64,000 bases of DNA, from assembly GCA_964494945.1 (NCBI GenBank), contig CAZBTX010000003.1, positions 47,897 through 111,896 on the forward strand, read 5' to 3'. Of the stretch, positions 17,858 to 25,602 are shown piece after piece. Source of the DNA: an uncultured Candidatus Saccharibacteria bacterium (GTDB lineage: Bacteria > Patescibacteriota > Minisyncoccia > Sungbacterales > JACQCQ01). Position 1 is the first letter of the stretch. Every line of letters starts with the position of its first letter. The notes beneath the pieces were generated by a model. It worked only from the letters and a program-made list of their open reading frames with translations, was not told the origin of the DNA and did not search any database. Position numbers and translations under genes: made by a program.

Positions 17858-18676
17858 ATGGCTATTTCAGTCGAGGAATCAGTACTCGAGGCTATTCGGC
17901 GGGGTAGTATGGCTACTTCAGGTCTCGTTCATAGTTTAAGACCTATTACAAAGCAGGGTGTCTATCGGGTTTTGAGAAAATTGAAAGAGGAGGGGAAAAT
18001 CGTAATCCATGGAAAAGAAGTATCGCTGAATCTTCAGTGGATCAAGAAGATGAGTGAGTTTTTTTCACTTGCAGAGTATTATTACTCGCCCAAAGCCGGG
18101 GCTGATAGTTTCTTGAATCTTTCTGATTTGGACAAAGTCGTATATTTTTTCAAAAATCTGAATTTACTTGACTCATTTGCGAGCCATATATTGCATATGC
18201 TTAACGAAGTTGTGGATTCAAAGGAACCGATTTACGCATACAATCCACATGAATGGTTTTTTTATGCGCGGCAAGAGGCAGAAGAAATGTTGGTTGATGC
18301 CTTCAATCAAAGCAAAAGGCAAATCTTAATTACCTCAATTCACCATGATCCTCTCGATAAAGAATTAAAGAAACACTATAACAACGACCTCGTCCAGTAC
18401 GATATTTCTGGCCGACAAATCAGAGACGATACCTATTATTTTGTTGTCATTGGTAACTACTTGATAGAGCTCTTCCTGGATGAAAAAATAGCGAAGGAGA
18501 TTGACACATTCTATAAACGGACGAAGCTGTTTGATGAAAAAGCGAAAGCCGAACTTCATGAAATCGTGTTTACGCCTAGCCGAAACAAGTTAGTCATCTC
18601 ACGGAATCGGAGTAAAATTGAGAAATATAAAAAAGTTTTATCGAGAAACTTTTTTATCTCAAGCCATATCATATGA
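17858..18676 (+). CDS. Hypothetical 272-aa protein, low-GC (about 34%), possible N-terminal winged-helix
   Basis: Clean ORF overlapping the next gene's start (ATGA); no confident family assignment. Confidence 0.5.
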   Translation: MAISVEESVLEAIRRGSMATSGLVHSLRPITKQGVYRVLRKLKEEGKIVIHGKEVSLNLQWIKKMSEFFSLAEYYYSPKAGADSFLNLSDLDKVVYFFKNLNLLDSFASHILHMLNEVVDSKEPIYAYNPHEWFFYARQEAEEMLVDAFNQSKRQILITSIHHDPLDKELKKHYNNDLVQYDISGRQIRDDTYYFVVIGNYLIELFLDEKIAKEIDTFYKRTKLFDEKAKAELHEIVFTPSRNKLVISRNRSKIEKYKKVLSRNFFISSHII

Positions 18677-19008
18677 ATTTTTACGAAGAAGTTTACAAAT
18701 GGGTGTGCAAAGTCCCGCGCGGAAAAGTTGCCACCTACGGCCAAATCGCCTCTATTATTTCAACACCGCGCTCGGCCCAAGTGGTGGGGTTTGCGCTCCG
18801 GGCTCTCCCGAAAGATAACGATGTCCCGTGGCAGAGGGTGATAAATTCCCAGGGCCGCATTTCCATACAAAATCCCAGATGGCCGCAATCGGAACAAGCG
18901 CGATTATTAAAAAAAGAAGGCGTTAAAGTCATTTATAAAGAGAATGCCTATTGGGTAGATTTGGATAAATATTTATACGAGTTCCGAAGACCAAAAACCG
19001 CCTTATAG
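18673..19008 (+). CDS. Alkyltransferase-like protein (ATL; MGMT/Ogt DNA-binding-domain family lacking the catalytic Cys: has PWQRV instead of PCHRV)
   Basis: '...KVATYGQIASIISTPRSAQVVGFALRA...VPWQRVINSQGRIS' matches the MGMT C-terminal domain with Trp replacing the nucleophilic Cys, as in ATL proteins. Confidence 0.7.
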   Translation: MNFYEEVYKWVCKVPRGKVATYGQIASIISTPRSAQVVGFALRALPKDNDVPWQRVINSQGRISIQNPRWPQSEQARLLKKEGVKVIYKENAYWVDLDKYLYEFRRPKTAL

Positions 19009-20328
19009 GCGGTTTTTGATGTATTCCGCAAGTTTTTCTTTGGCGACGGCTTCCTGGGTTTCTTTCCGCAGGTCTTTTATTTGCGGATTTCCCGATAATT
19101 TTTCTTTTTCTCCGTAAATTAGGACGAAAGGAATTTCTTTTTTAACGGCGTAAGCGAGCTGGTTTTGAAATGACATATCATCGCCGATATACAACATTGA
19201 GCGAATTTTTTCTATTCTCAAGTTCTTAAGAACTTGAGAATAGTCGGAAGCCAGCTCTGGCGAAAGATTAAGCACTAAAACCTGAACGAGCGTTGCTTGC
19301 TTTTTGATCTTCCCCAGTTTTTCCAAAGCCGCCAAAAGCCGGTCTACGCCGACGGAAGCCCCCACCGCCGGCCAGGATTCACGGGAAAATCGCGAGGTCA
19401 GACCGTCAAACCGTCCGCCGGAAAATACTGAGCCGATTTCGGGAATGTCCGTCAGTACCGTTTCAAAAACCGAGCCGGTATAATATCCAAACCCTCTTAC
19501 GAGCGAGGTGTCATAGATAAGATATTTTTGCGGCACGCCGAGTTTCTCAACTTTTTCGCGCAGCGCCTTGATTTTGGTGGTTTCCAGCATATTTTCTCCG
19601 GAAATTTTCCAAAGATATTTCTCGGCGGCTTCGGGTGAAATCCCCGAGGCGCGGATTACTTCATTTTTCCATTTGTCGGGACTTAACTTATCTTTTTTAT
19701 CTACGGCGATAAGTAGCACTTTTCGATTATTTTCTGGGATACCGAATTCATCCAGGAGTTTCAGCATTTCTTCTTTGTCATTAAGCCGTATCTTGAAATT
19801 ATCAATGCCAAGCGTTTTCATGGCCTCGTACATCACTTGTATGACTTCAGCATCGGCATCCGCGGATTTAACACCCAAGATATCAATATCCATTTGCGTG
19901 AATTCTTTGTAGCGGCCGAATTGAGAGCGCTCGCCTCTCCATACATTCCCGATTTGGTAGCGCTTGAAGGGTTTGGGAATATCAGGATTAGCGGCAAGCA
20001 CTCGCGCTAAGGGTACGGTTAGATCAAAACGGAGAGATGCTTCATCTCGGTCAGTATCTTTTACTTCACCACGCACAGCCGGAGCAACACGAAAAATAAT
20101 TTTGTCAGATTCTTTATCCCCCGTGATTAGTACGTCAGTTCGCTCCACGGCCGGTGTTTCCATGGGGTCAAAACCAAACTTCTCAAAAACGCCGCGGATC
20201 GCCTCCATCATTTTTTGTTTAGCTATCATTTGGCTTGGTAGAACATCGCGAAAACCGCCGGGGAGTTCCGGTTTTATAAGTTTTTTCCTGTCTTTATCTG
20301 CCGGTTTAGGCATATATTCTCTCACCAT
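19003..20328 (-). CDS. hisS: Histidine--tRNA ligase. Start at ATG 20328 or 20313; the track's GTG 20343 lies inside the inverted-repeat arm.
   Basis: Class II aaRS motifs and HisRS-specific regions (…RGERSQFGRYKEF…, GGRFD…, anticodon-binding C-terminus). Confidence 0.85.
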   Translation of the reverse strand: MVREYMPKPADKDRKKLIKPELPGGFRDVLPSQMIAKQKMMEAIRGVFEKFGFDPMETPAVERTDVLITGDKESDKIIFRVAPAVRGEVKDTDRDEASLRFDLTVPLARVLAANPDIPKPFKRYQIGNVWRGERSQFGRYKEFTQMDIDILGVKSADADAEVIQVMYEAMKTLGIDNFKIRLNDKEEMLKLLDEFGIPENNRKVLLIAVDKKDKLSPDKWKNEVIRASGISPEAAEKYLWKISGENMLETTKIKALREKVEKLGVPQKYLIYDTSLVRGFGYYTGSVFETVLTDIPEIGSVFSGGRFDGLTSRFSRESWPAVGASVGVDRLLAALEKLGKIKKQATLVQVLVLNLSPELASDYSQVLKNLRIEKIRSMLYIGDDMSFQNQLAYAVKKEIPFVLIYGEKEKLSGNPQIKDLRKETQEAVAKEKLAEYIKNRL

Positions 20329-20335
20329 GCCATTT

Positions 20336-20651
20336 ACCCCCACACCAAAACGCTTAGGCGGAGATAGATTCTTTTATCCTTTTTAATAATTGCTGTAAAG
20401 CGTGAGCGCGGAGTTTTAAGTTTTTCTCTCTGTACCTTGCCTCTTTCTCACTAGAGTACGCTTCGTAGTATACCAGTTTTAGTGGTTTCCGAAATTTAGT
20501 GGAAAATACCGCCCCAGAATTATGTAAAAGGATTCTTTTCTTTAGGTTATTCGTTGAGCCTATATAAAGCTTTTTGTCTTTTAGGCTTTTTAGGATGTAA
20601 ACAAAGAACATAGATAAATTTTAGCATATTTAAGCGTCTTGGTGTGGGGGT
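20336..20651. mobile_element. Inverted-repeat-bounded element enclosing a GIY-YIG nuclease gene. Arms ACCCCCACACCAAAACGC (20336-20353) and GCGTCTTGGTGTGGGGGT (20634-20651), 17/18 complementary. Same terminus family as 4354-4427, 11835-11931 and 59998-60095.
   Basis: Seen directly; the gene occupies the interior exactly (stop 1 nt from the left arm, start 22 nt from the right arm). Confidence 0.6.
20354..20611 (-). CDS. GIY-YIG nuclease family protein (COG2827 / YhbQ-like, 85 aa)
   Basis: 'FFVYILKSLKDKKLYIGSTNNLKKRILLHNSG...LVYYEAYSSEKEARYREKNLK' shows the GIY-(10)-YIG, Arg, His/Asn and Glu core motifs. Confidence 0.8.
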   Translation of the reverse strand: MFFVYILKSLKDKKLYIGSTNNLKKRILLHNSGAVFSTKFRKPLKLVYYEAYSSEKEARYREKNLKLRAHALQQLLKRIKESISA

Positions 20652-20678
20652 AAACTTGCTTTTTTCAACTTTTGCGTT

Positions 20679-20942
20679 ATGCTCCAAATACTTATGGAAG
20701 TGCCGATAGGAAAGGTGACGCACTATTACGGCAAGGCGGGAGTGGCCGTGGTGGCGCTCTCCGCGCCGCTTAAAATCGGCGACAGGGTAAAGGTCAAAGA
20801 CGGCGATCGCGAATGGGAGCAGGAAGTTGCTTCCATGCAAATAGACCACAAGCCGGTGCAGGCATCCGATACCGGGGACGAGGTCGCGATCAAGGTCAAC
20901 GACAAAGCCCGCGAGGGAGCGCTCGTGATAGTGGAGAGATAA
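20679..20942 (+). CDS. Small 87-aa beta-rich protein (possibly EF-Tu domain-2-like barrel); function unknown
   Basis: ORF with Gly/Val/Lys-rich composition; weak resemblance only. Confidence 0.4.
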   Translation: MLQILMEVPIGKVTHYYGKAGVAVVALSAPLKIGDRVKVKDGDREWEQEVASMQIDHKPVQASDTGDEVAIKVNDKAREGALVIVER

Positions 20943-21002
20943 GATAGAGCCGGAAAGAATTACAATTCTTTCCAAGATTCTTTGGTTGTGTAAAAATTAT
21001 TT

Positions 21003-21030
21003 AGCGACTAGCGACTAGTGGCTAGTTACT
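21003..21030. repeat. Second locus of the CTAG-rich repeat (AGCGACTAGCGACTAGTGGCTAGTTACT), about 25 bp upstream of tRNA-His
   Basis: Shares exact 12-mer CTAGTGGCTAGT and AGCGACTAG units with 5774-5854. Confidence 0.6.
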
Positions 21031-21051
21031 AATTCCTATGAACTAGAATAT

Positions 21052-21126
21052 GGCGGCTATGGTGTAGAGGTAACACAGGAGCTTGTGGAGCTCTTATCAC
21101 GGGTTCGATTCCCGTTAGCCGCCCCA
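21052..21126 (+). tRNA. tRNA-His (anticodon GTG) with G-1 and encoded CCA
   Basis: Acceptor GCGGCTA/TAGCCGC with extra 5' G opposite discriminator C73; anticodon loop TTGTGGA; T-arm ACGGG-TTCGATT-CCCGT. Confidence 0.8.
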
Positions 21127-21129
21127 GGC

Positions 21130-21534
21130 ATGGAAAAAGTAGTGTATCTAGATCCAATAAAAGTTGTTTACACGAATTCTTTTGGTGACCCGAGTCATTC
21201 AAATGCCTTTGTTAAATTAGAAGCAGTTGTTCCGTTAAGAGGCAATAAGTTTTATGCAACCTACAACTCTGAAACTGGTGAGTATTGTGCTTGCGCAAAG
21301 ATAGAAAATGAGGAACAGGCAAAGGTATTTAATCTCCCTGTCAAAACTTTGGAAGGTGGCTGGTATGCAGCCGCAGAATTAGAGGGCTCATTTAGAGATA
21401 TCGTGAGGAATATAGCTCCAACTTTCGCTGATTTAGCGAAGAACTATAAGACAGATCCTGCTAGACTGCCGATCGAGTTCTATAAACGGCATACACACGT
21501 CATTTTATACATGCCGATTATAAAAGAAAGCTAA
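21130..21534 (+). CDS. Hypothetical 134-aa protein, possibly GyrI-like/SRPBCC small-molecule-binding fold
   Basis: ATG 4 nt after the tRNA CCA end; weak similarity to effector-binding-domain proteins; low confidence on family. Confidence 0.4.
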   Translation: MEKVVYLDPIKVVYTNSFGDPSHSNAFVKLEAVVPLRGNKFYATYNSETGEYCACAKIENEEQAKVFNLPVKTLEGGWYAAAELEGSFRDIVRNIAPTFADLAKNYKTDPARLPIEFYKRHTHVILYMPIIKES

Positions 21535-21650
21535 ACCCCCCTCACCGCCGTCTGAAGCACCACTCAATAAGTTCAGGACAAGGTAACCCTTTGACGGGCT
21601 CAGATCAAGCCGCTAGGTGATTCCAGAAAGTCCAAAAGTGAGACACAAGA

Positions 21651-21690
21651 AATCGAGAAATTGAAAATCGTCGGGGGCATCCCCGACGAT
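21651..21690 (-). terminator. Rho-independent terminator of the high-GC gene (ATCGTCGGGG-GCAT-CCCCGACGAT, then a T-run on the minus strand)
   Basis: Perfect 10-bp GC-rich stem then TTTTCAATTTC on the transcribed strand. Confidence 0.7.
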
Positions 21691-21734
21691 TGCGAGCCTT
21701 TGTGGCCGCTCGCCTCACCGACTTCGTCCGAGTG

Positions 21735-22205
21735 CTACCGGTGCGTATGGCCGAGCATCTTCATGAGGCCGGTCACGTCGATGATCGCCCCGTGGGTATG
21801 CTCCTCGATCGTGACGATCTGGCCGCCCCTGCGGATGGCGACGTCGGTCGTCAGCGTCGCCGGGAAGTCCGCCTTGACCTCCCCCCAGAAGAGCTGTTTG
21901 GTGGTCTTCAGCCGGTTCTGGATCTCAGCGTCCTCGGACATCAGCGGCCGAACCCTCTCCTCGAGCGCCACCGCGTTCATCTGCTTGGGATCGATGTCGG
22001 CGATCACGTGAAGGATCCGCCGAAGGAACGCCTCGTACTCGGCGCCGATTTGCTTCACAACGCCCCAGAGGCGCAGGAGCTCATCCGAAGCCGTGCCCAC
22101 GACCGTTTCGTCGGGCTGGGGTTTCGACTCGGCTAGACCCGCCAGCACCTGCTGGGGGTCCACCTTCGCCATCGCGTCCGCGATCTTTCGCATCAGGTTC
22201 GTCAT
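21735..22205 (-). CDS. Hypothetical 156-aa protein, high-GC (about 63%)
   Basis: AAGGAGGCGGCAG then ATG; candidate promoter TTGACA-N17 about 60 nt upstream; own terminator. Confidence 0.6.
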   Translation of the reverse strand: MTNLMRKIADAMAKVDPQQVLAGLAESKPQPDETVVGTASDELLRLWGVVKQIGAEYEAFLRRILHVIADIDPKQMNAVALEERVRPLMSEDAEIQNRLKTTKQLFWGEVKADFPATLTTDVAIRRGGQIVTIEEHTHGAIIDVTGLMKMLGHTHR

Positions 22206-22501
22206 CTGCCGCCTCCTTGTGGGTGGGGTAGCTGCGTCAGTAAAATAACAATAGATTCAGTTATTGTCAACTCAAGGATTTTTCTGATAGCATTGATTAG
22301 TATGCCGAAGCATTCCGTAGTGGGATTTAAAAATGAAATCTATAATTGGCATTTTCCGCCGCTTCCTTAGTCCTTAATTCTTACTGAATGGATCCCGTTA
22401 GAAGCCGCGATCGCGAAAGAAATTTAAAGAATAAATTATGGCATTATTAAGAGATTATTATAAGCAGAAAGCGACTCTGATCGCGATCTGCTTCTAACGG
22501 G

Positions 22502-23059
22502 ATGGATATTTTCGCGCACGCGCTCTGGTCGGGCGCTGTCTACAACAAAAAACGAGTGGGCTGGGCGATTTTTTTCGGCATAGCGCCGGATTTATTTTCT
22601 TTCGGCATTCTGATAGTCCTGCATCTTGCCGTAAACGGTTTTGTACCCATCGCCTTCAATCACGGCGACATCCCGCGACCGGAATTTGTGCCGCCGTTTG
22701 TATATTCTCTTTATAACTTCTCACACAGCTTGGTCGTCTGGGCAGTACTATTTGCCATCGGCTGGCTTTATTTCAAGCGACTGCCGTGGGAATTCACGGC
22801 TTGGGCCGTCCACATTTTAATTGATGTCCCCACGCATTCAGCCGCCTTTTTCCCCACTCCGTTCCTTTGGCCCCTGCCCCAACCCTTTTTCATAAACGGC
22901 ATTTCCTGGGCCACGCCCTGGTTCATGGCGGTCAATTACGGCGCCATAATCCTGATTTACGGTTATCTTTACTCCGTACACCGGAGGCGAATCAAAAATC
23001 TCGGCGGAGTCCCGCCTGGCCGGCAGGCAGGCGACACTTTGCGGAACACAACGCCCTGA
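22502..23059 (+). CDS. Membrane-bound metal-dependent hydrolase-like protein (DUF457/YdjM-like)
   Basis: 'MDIFAHALWSGAV...' N-terminus and His-rich TM core typical of the YdjM/DUF457 family. Confidence 0.55.
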   Translation: MDIFAHALWSGAVYNKKRVGWAIFFGIAPDLFSFGILIVLHLAVNGFVPIAFNHGDIPRPEFVPPFVYSLYNFSHSLVVWAVLFAIGWLYFKRLPWEFTAWAVHILIDVPTHSAAFFPTPFLWPLPQPFFINGISWATPWFMAVNYGAIILIYGYLYSVHRRRIKNLGGVPPGRQAGDTLRNTTP

Positions 23060-23152
23060 TGCCTCGGAGCTTATGCGCGAGGACGTTTTATTGCCGCTGG
23101 CGGGCGGCTTTACGCGTAAAGCAATAATGAGTTTGGGATTCTTGGAAAAGCG

Positions 23153-23187
23153 AAAAGCCGCCCCGCGTTTAACGCGGGGCGGCTTTT
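23153..23187. terminator. Bidirectional terminator AAAAGCCGCCCCGCG-TTTAA-CGCGGGGCGGCTTTT
   Basis: Perfect 15-bp stem (including 4 A-T pairs at the base) with T-runs on both strands, between convergent genes. Confidence 0.75.
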
Positions 23188-23240
23188 AACGGCTTAATCC
23201 CTACTTACTTCTGAATTCTTAATCCTTAATTCTAATCTTA

Positions 23241-24308
23241 TTACGGCGCCACTTCTCTAAAGTTCTGGATGGGACCGAATTGAGTAGTAACCGTTGCCTG
23301 TCCGGTCCCGCCCGCCCCCGTTACGGTGCAGGTCTGTGTTTGTAGTGGATTTACTTGAATGCTCCCGTTGATGGAGCCCGACCCGATATTTCCCGTGCAT
23401 GAGTAAGTGCCTGCGCCGCAAGATGACGCGGAAAGCGTCGTAGTTGCGCTTGGATTCACTGTTGAGGGAGTGAACGTAACCGTGCAGGAGGGGAGTCCGC
23501 ACGTACCGCTATTGCAGGAGCCGCTCTGGCACTGACTACCCGCGTTGCAGCTATACCCGTTGGGATTGGCGGGGCTTGATTCATTGTTATCACTACTGCC
23601 ACTGCACCCGGGGTCGGAGAGGTCTATTAAACCGTCACCGTCATTGTCGCTTCCATCCGCGCATTGTGTCGTCGGCGGAGCGCAGTTTGGGGTGCTGAAA
23701 GAGCCGCTTGAGATAAGATGGCCGTTTCCGGTGGAATAAGTGATGGGCGGCCCACTTCCGTACACAACCCCGACGCAAGCGCATTCTCCTTTCGGGTTGC
23801 AGACCGTTTCTCTGCAGGGGTTTGTGACAATGGTGGTGTTAACAGTTTTATACCGGACGTTGTATGAGTAATTGGTGTTGGAAGACGCGCCGCTCCAAGC
23901 ATAACTGCCGGAGCAGGCAAGACCGGTACCCGCGACAGCGCTATTGGCGGTAATCTCCGTGGTGGCGCAGGTTATGCTTATGGTAGTGCCATACGTATTT
24001 GCCGCGCACGCCGCTTGTTCTTCCGGCAACGGAGCCGCGCAATTCACGCCCATATTCCCGCTGTCAGCCCAAGTGAACGTCACACTGGTTTGCCCCCCAG
24101 AACAAGTGGCGACGGCGCTGGATGAACCGCAAGCGGGTGTGGCCAGCCCAAGACCCGTTTGGCTTGTCCACTGTAACGTAGAGGGCGACGGCAAATTGCC
24201 GCCGGGTGTTAACCCCAATGCGACCATCAGAATAAATAAAACCAGCGCAATCAGCACCGGTGGATGCGGGAGCAGATTATCCTTGAGAAAATGAGCGGCG
24301 TTCGTCAT
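23241..24308 (-). CDS. Cys/Gly/Ser/Thr-rich cell-surface protein with N-terminal signal-anchor and a DGSDNDGDGLIDLSDPGC calcium-binding-like (DxDxDG) motif
   Basis: About 30 Cys in 355 aa, low-complexity T/S/G stretches, hydrophobic N-terminus; ATG at 24308 preferred over the track's GTG. Confidence 0.6.
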   Translation of the reverse strand: MTNAAHFLKDNLLPHPPVLIALVLFILMVALGLTPGGNLPSPSTLQWTSQTGLGLATPACGSSSAVATCSGGQTSVTFTWADSGNMGVNCAAPLPEEQAACAANTYGTTISITCATTEITANSAVAGTGLACSGSYAWSGASSNTNYSYNVRYKTVNTTIVTNPCRETVCNPKGECACVGVVYGSGPPITYSTGNGHLISSGSFSTPNCAPPTTQCADGSDNDGDGLIDLSDPGCSGSSDNNESSPANPNGYSCNAGSQCQSGSCNSGTCGLPSCTVTFTPSTVNPSATTTLSASSCGAGTYSCTGNIGSGSINGSIQVNPLQTQTCTVTGAGGTGQATVTTQFGPIQNFREVAP

Positions 24309-24501
24309 GTCCTTATTATATGGCAGCCAGAATTTTTTTATCTCCCGGTTTATCCCCACACTTTCCCAGAGTACCCCGCGGGAAGGTGCGGGGATTTATT
24401 CACCGTGTTTATAAGTTGGGGTCAGTATACTTGTTAGCTACCAAACACGCCAATGACGCGCCGGAATTGAGCGCGCTTATTACGCGTGGTAAGCTGACGC
24501 C

Positions 24502-25551
24502 ATGGCAATAACGCTCTCTATCTCACAGTTCGATAGCGCTCCGGTGTTTTACGCTCGGCGCTTGCAAACTTTTCTCATTTCCCCCTTTTTCCTTATCATC
24601 TCAATTTCACTGCTTCTCACCGCCGCATTTTATGGGCTTGTTTTTGCGTGGAAAGGAATACTCGGCGTCATCCTGGGAACAACGCTATTCGCACAAACAC
24701 ATTTTATTCTTGGCTACGCATTTGCCTTTAACCGCCTCAAGGAAAGGACTCGCTCTTCGTACACCGCACTCGGAATATATGCCCTCTTTCTTGGCGGGAC
24801 TGCGCTCCTGTATCCCGCCCTCCAGGGTTTAACTATGACATTCTGGGGCGTGATGGCGATACTGGGGTACTTCTTCCTTCACTATTATGAAAACATCCTT
24901 TATTTCTGGGATGTGAACTTCGGCCCTCCCGTCTACTCGCGGCGTCCGCTGTATTTTCTTATGAGCGCGACCGCTTTTCTCGCGCTCCTTCCGTTCGCGC
25001 GGCTTTTTGGACCGCAGTTCGCTGGCGCGGCCATTTCTTATCAGGGCGTGAATAACTTCGCTTTTCTGCTCTCGGCTTCCGCGATTATTTTTTTTGCGGC
25101 ATTGCTTTTCCGAAACAGTTCCTACCAAAAAAGCGGCGGAATGGTCATGACCGCGGCAGCTCTGGTCGGCGCTATTGTCATCACTATCCTTATCGCCTCA
25201 TATTTTCTCAACTTTCTGGGCATTGCCTATCTTATCGTTATCTGGCATTTCTTTATGTGGCATATATTCTATTTCTGGAAATTATGGCGTCGGGCACCGG
25301 GACTTTCCCTTTGGCCGTCATTTATTAGAGAGGGCCGGGGCCCGCTGAACCTGTTTCTGGCTTACGCTACAAGCGGCGTGGTTCCGTTTACCGCGGCCAC
25401 GGCGCTTGTGGCCGCGCCTATACTTACATACTTTATGTTGAGCTACGACGGGGCGCGCTCCACGTTCCTCTTTAATCCTTTCTACGGCCAATTCGCGATG
25501 TTCGTCTGGGCGGTGCCGCACATTACTCTCTCCTTCGTCATCAGAAGATAA
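24502..25551 (+). CDS. Polytopic integral membrane protein (about 10 TM), function unknown
   Basis: 349-aa ORF with many hydrophobic helices rich in F/Y/W. Confidence 0.55.
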   Translation: MAITLSISQFDSAPVFYARRLQTFLISPFFLIISISLLLTAAFYGLVFAWKGILGVILGTTLFAQTHFILGYAFAFNRLKERTRSSYTALGIYALFLGGTALLYPALQGLTMTFWGVMAILGYFFLHYYENILYFWDVNFGPPVYSRRPLYFLMSATAFLALLPFARLFGPQFAGAAISYQGVNNFAFLLSASAIIFFAALLFRNSSYQKSGGMVMTAAALVGAIVITILIASYFLNFLGIAYLIVIWHFFMWHIFYFWKLWRRAPGLSLWPSFIREGRGPLNLFLAYATSGVVPFTAATALVAAPILTYFMLSYDGARSTFLFNPFYGQFAMFVWAVPHITLSFVIRR

Positions 25552-25602
25552 TATCCGCGCGTTATTGCCGCGGGGGGTCTCTTTAGCCGAGTGCGGGTGA
25601 CT

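Noticed and set aside
20547-20975. 142-aa minus-strand ORF
   Set aside because: It overlaps both the GIY-YIG gene and the 20679..20942 gene on opposite strands. It has no RBS and low-complexity His/Arg-rich translation.
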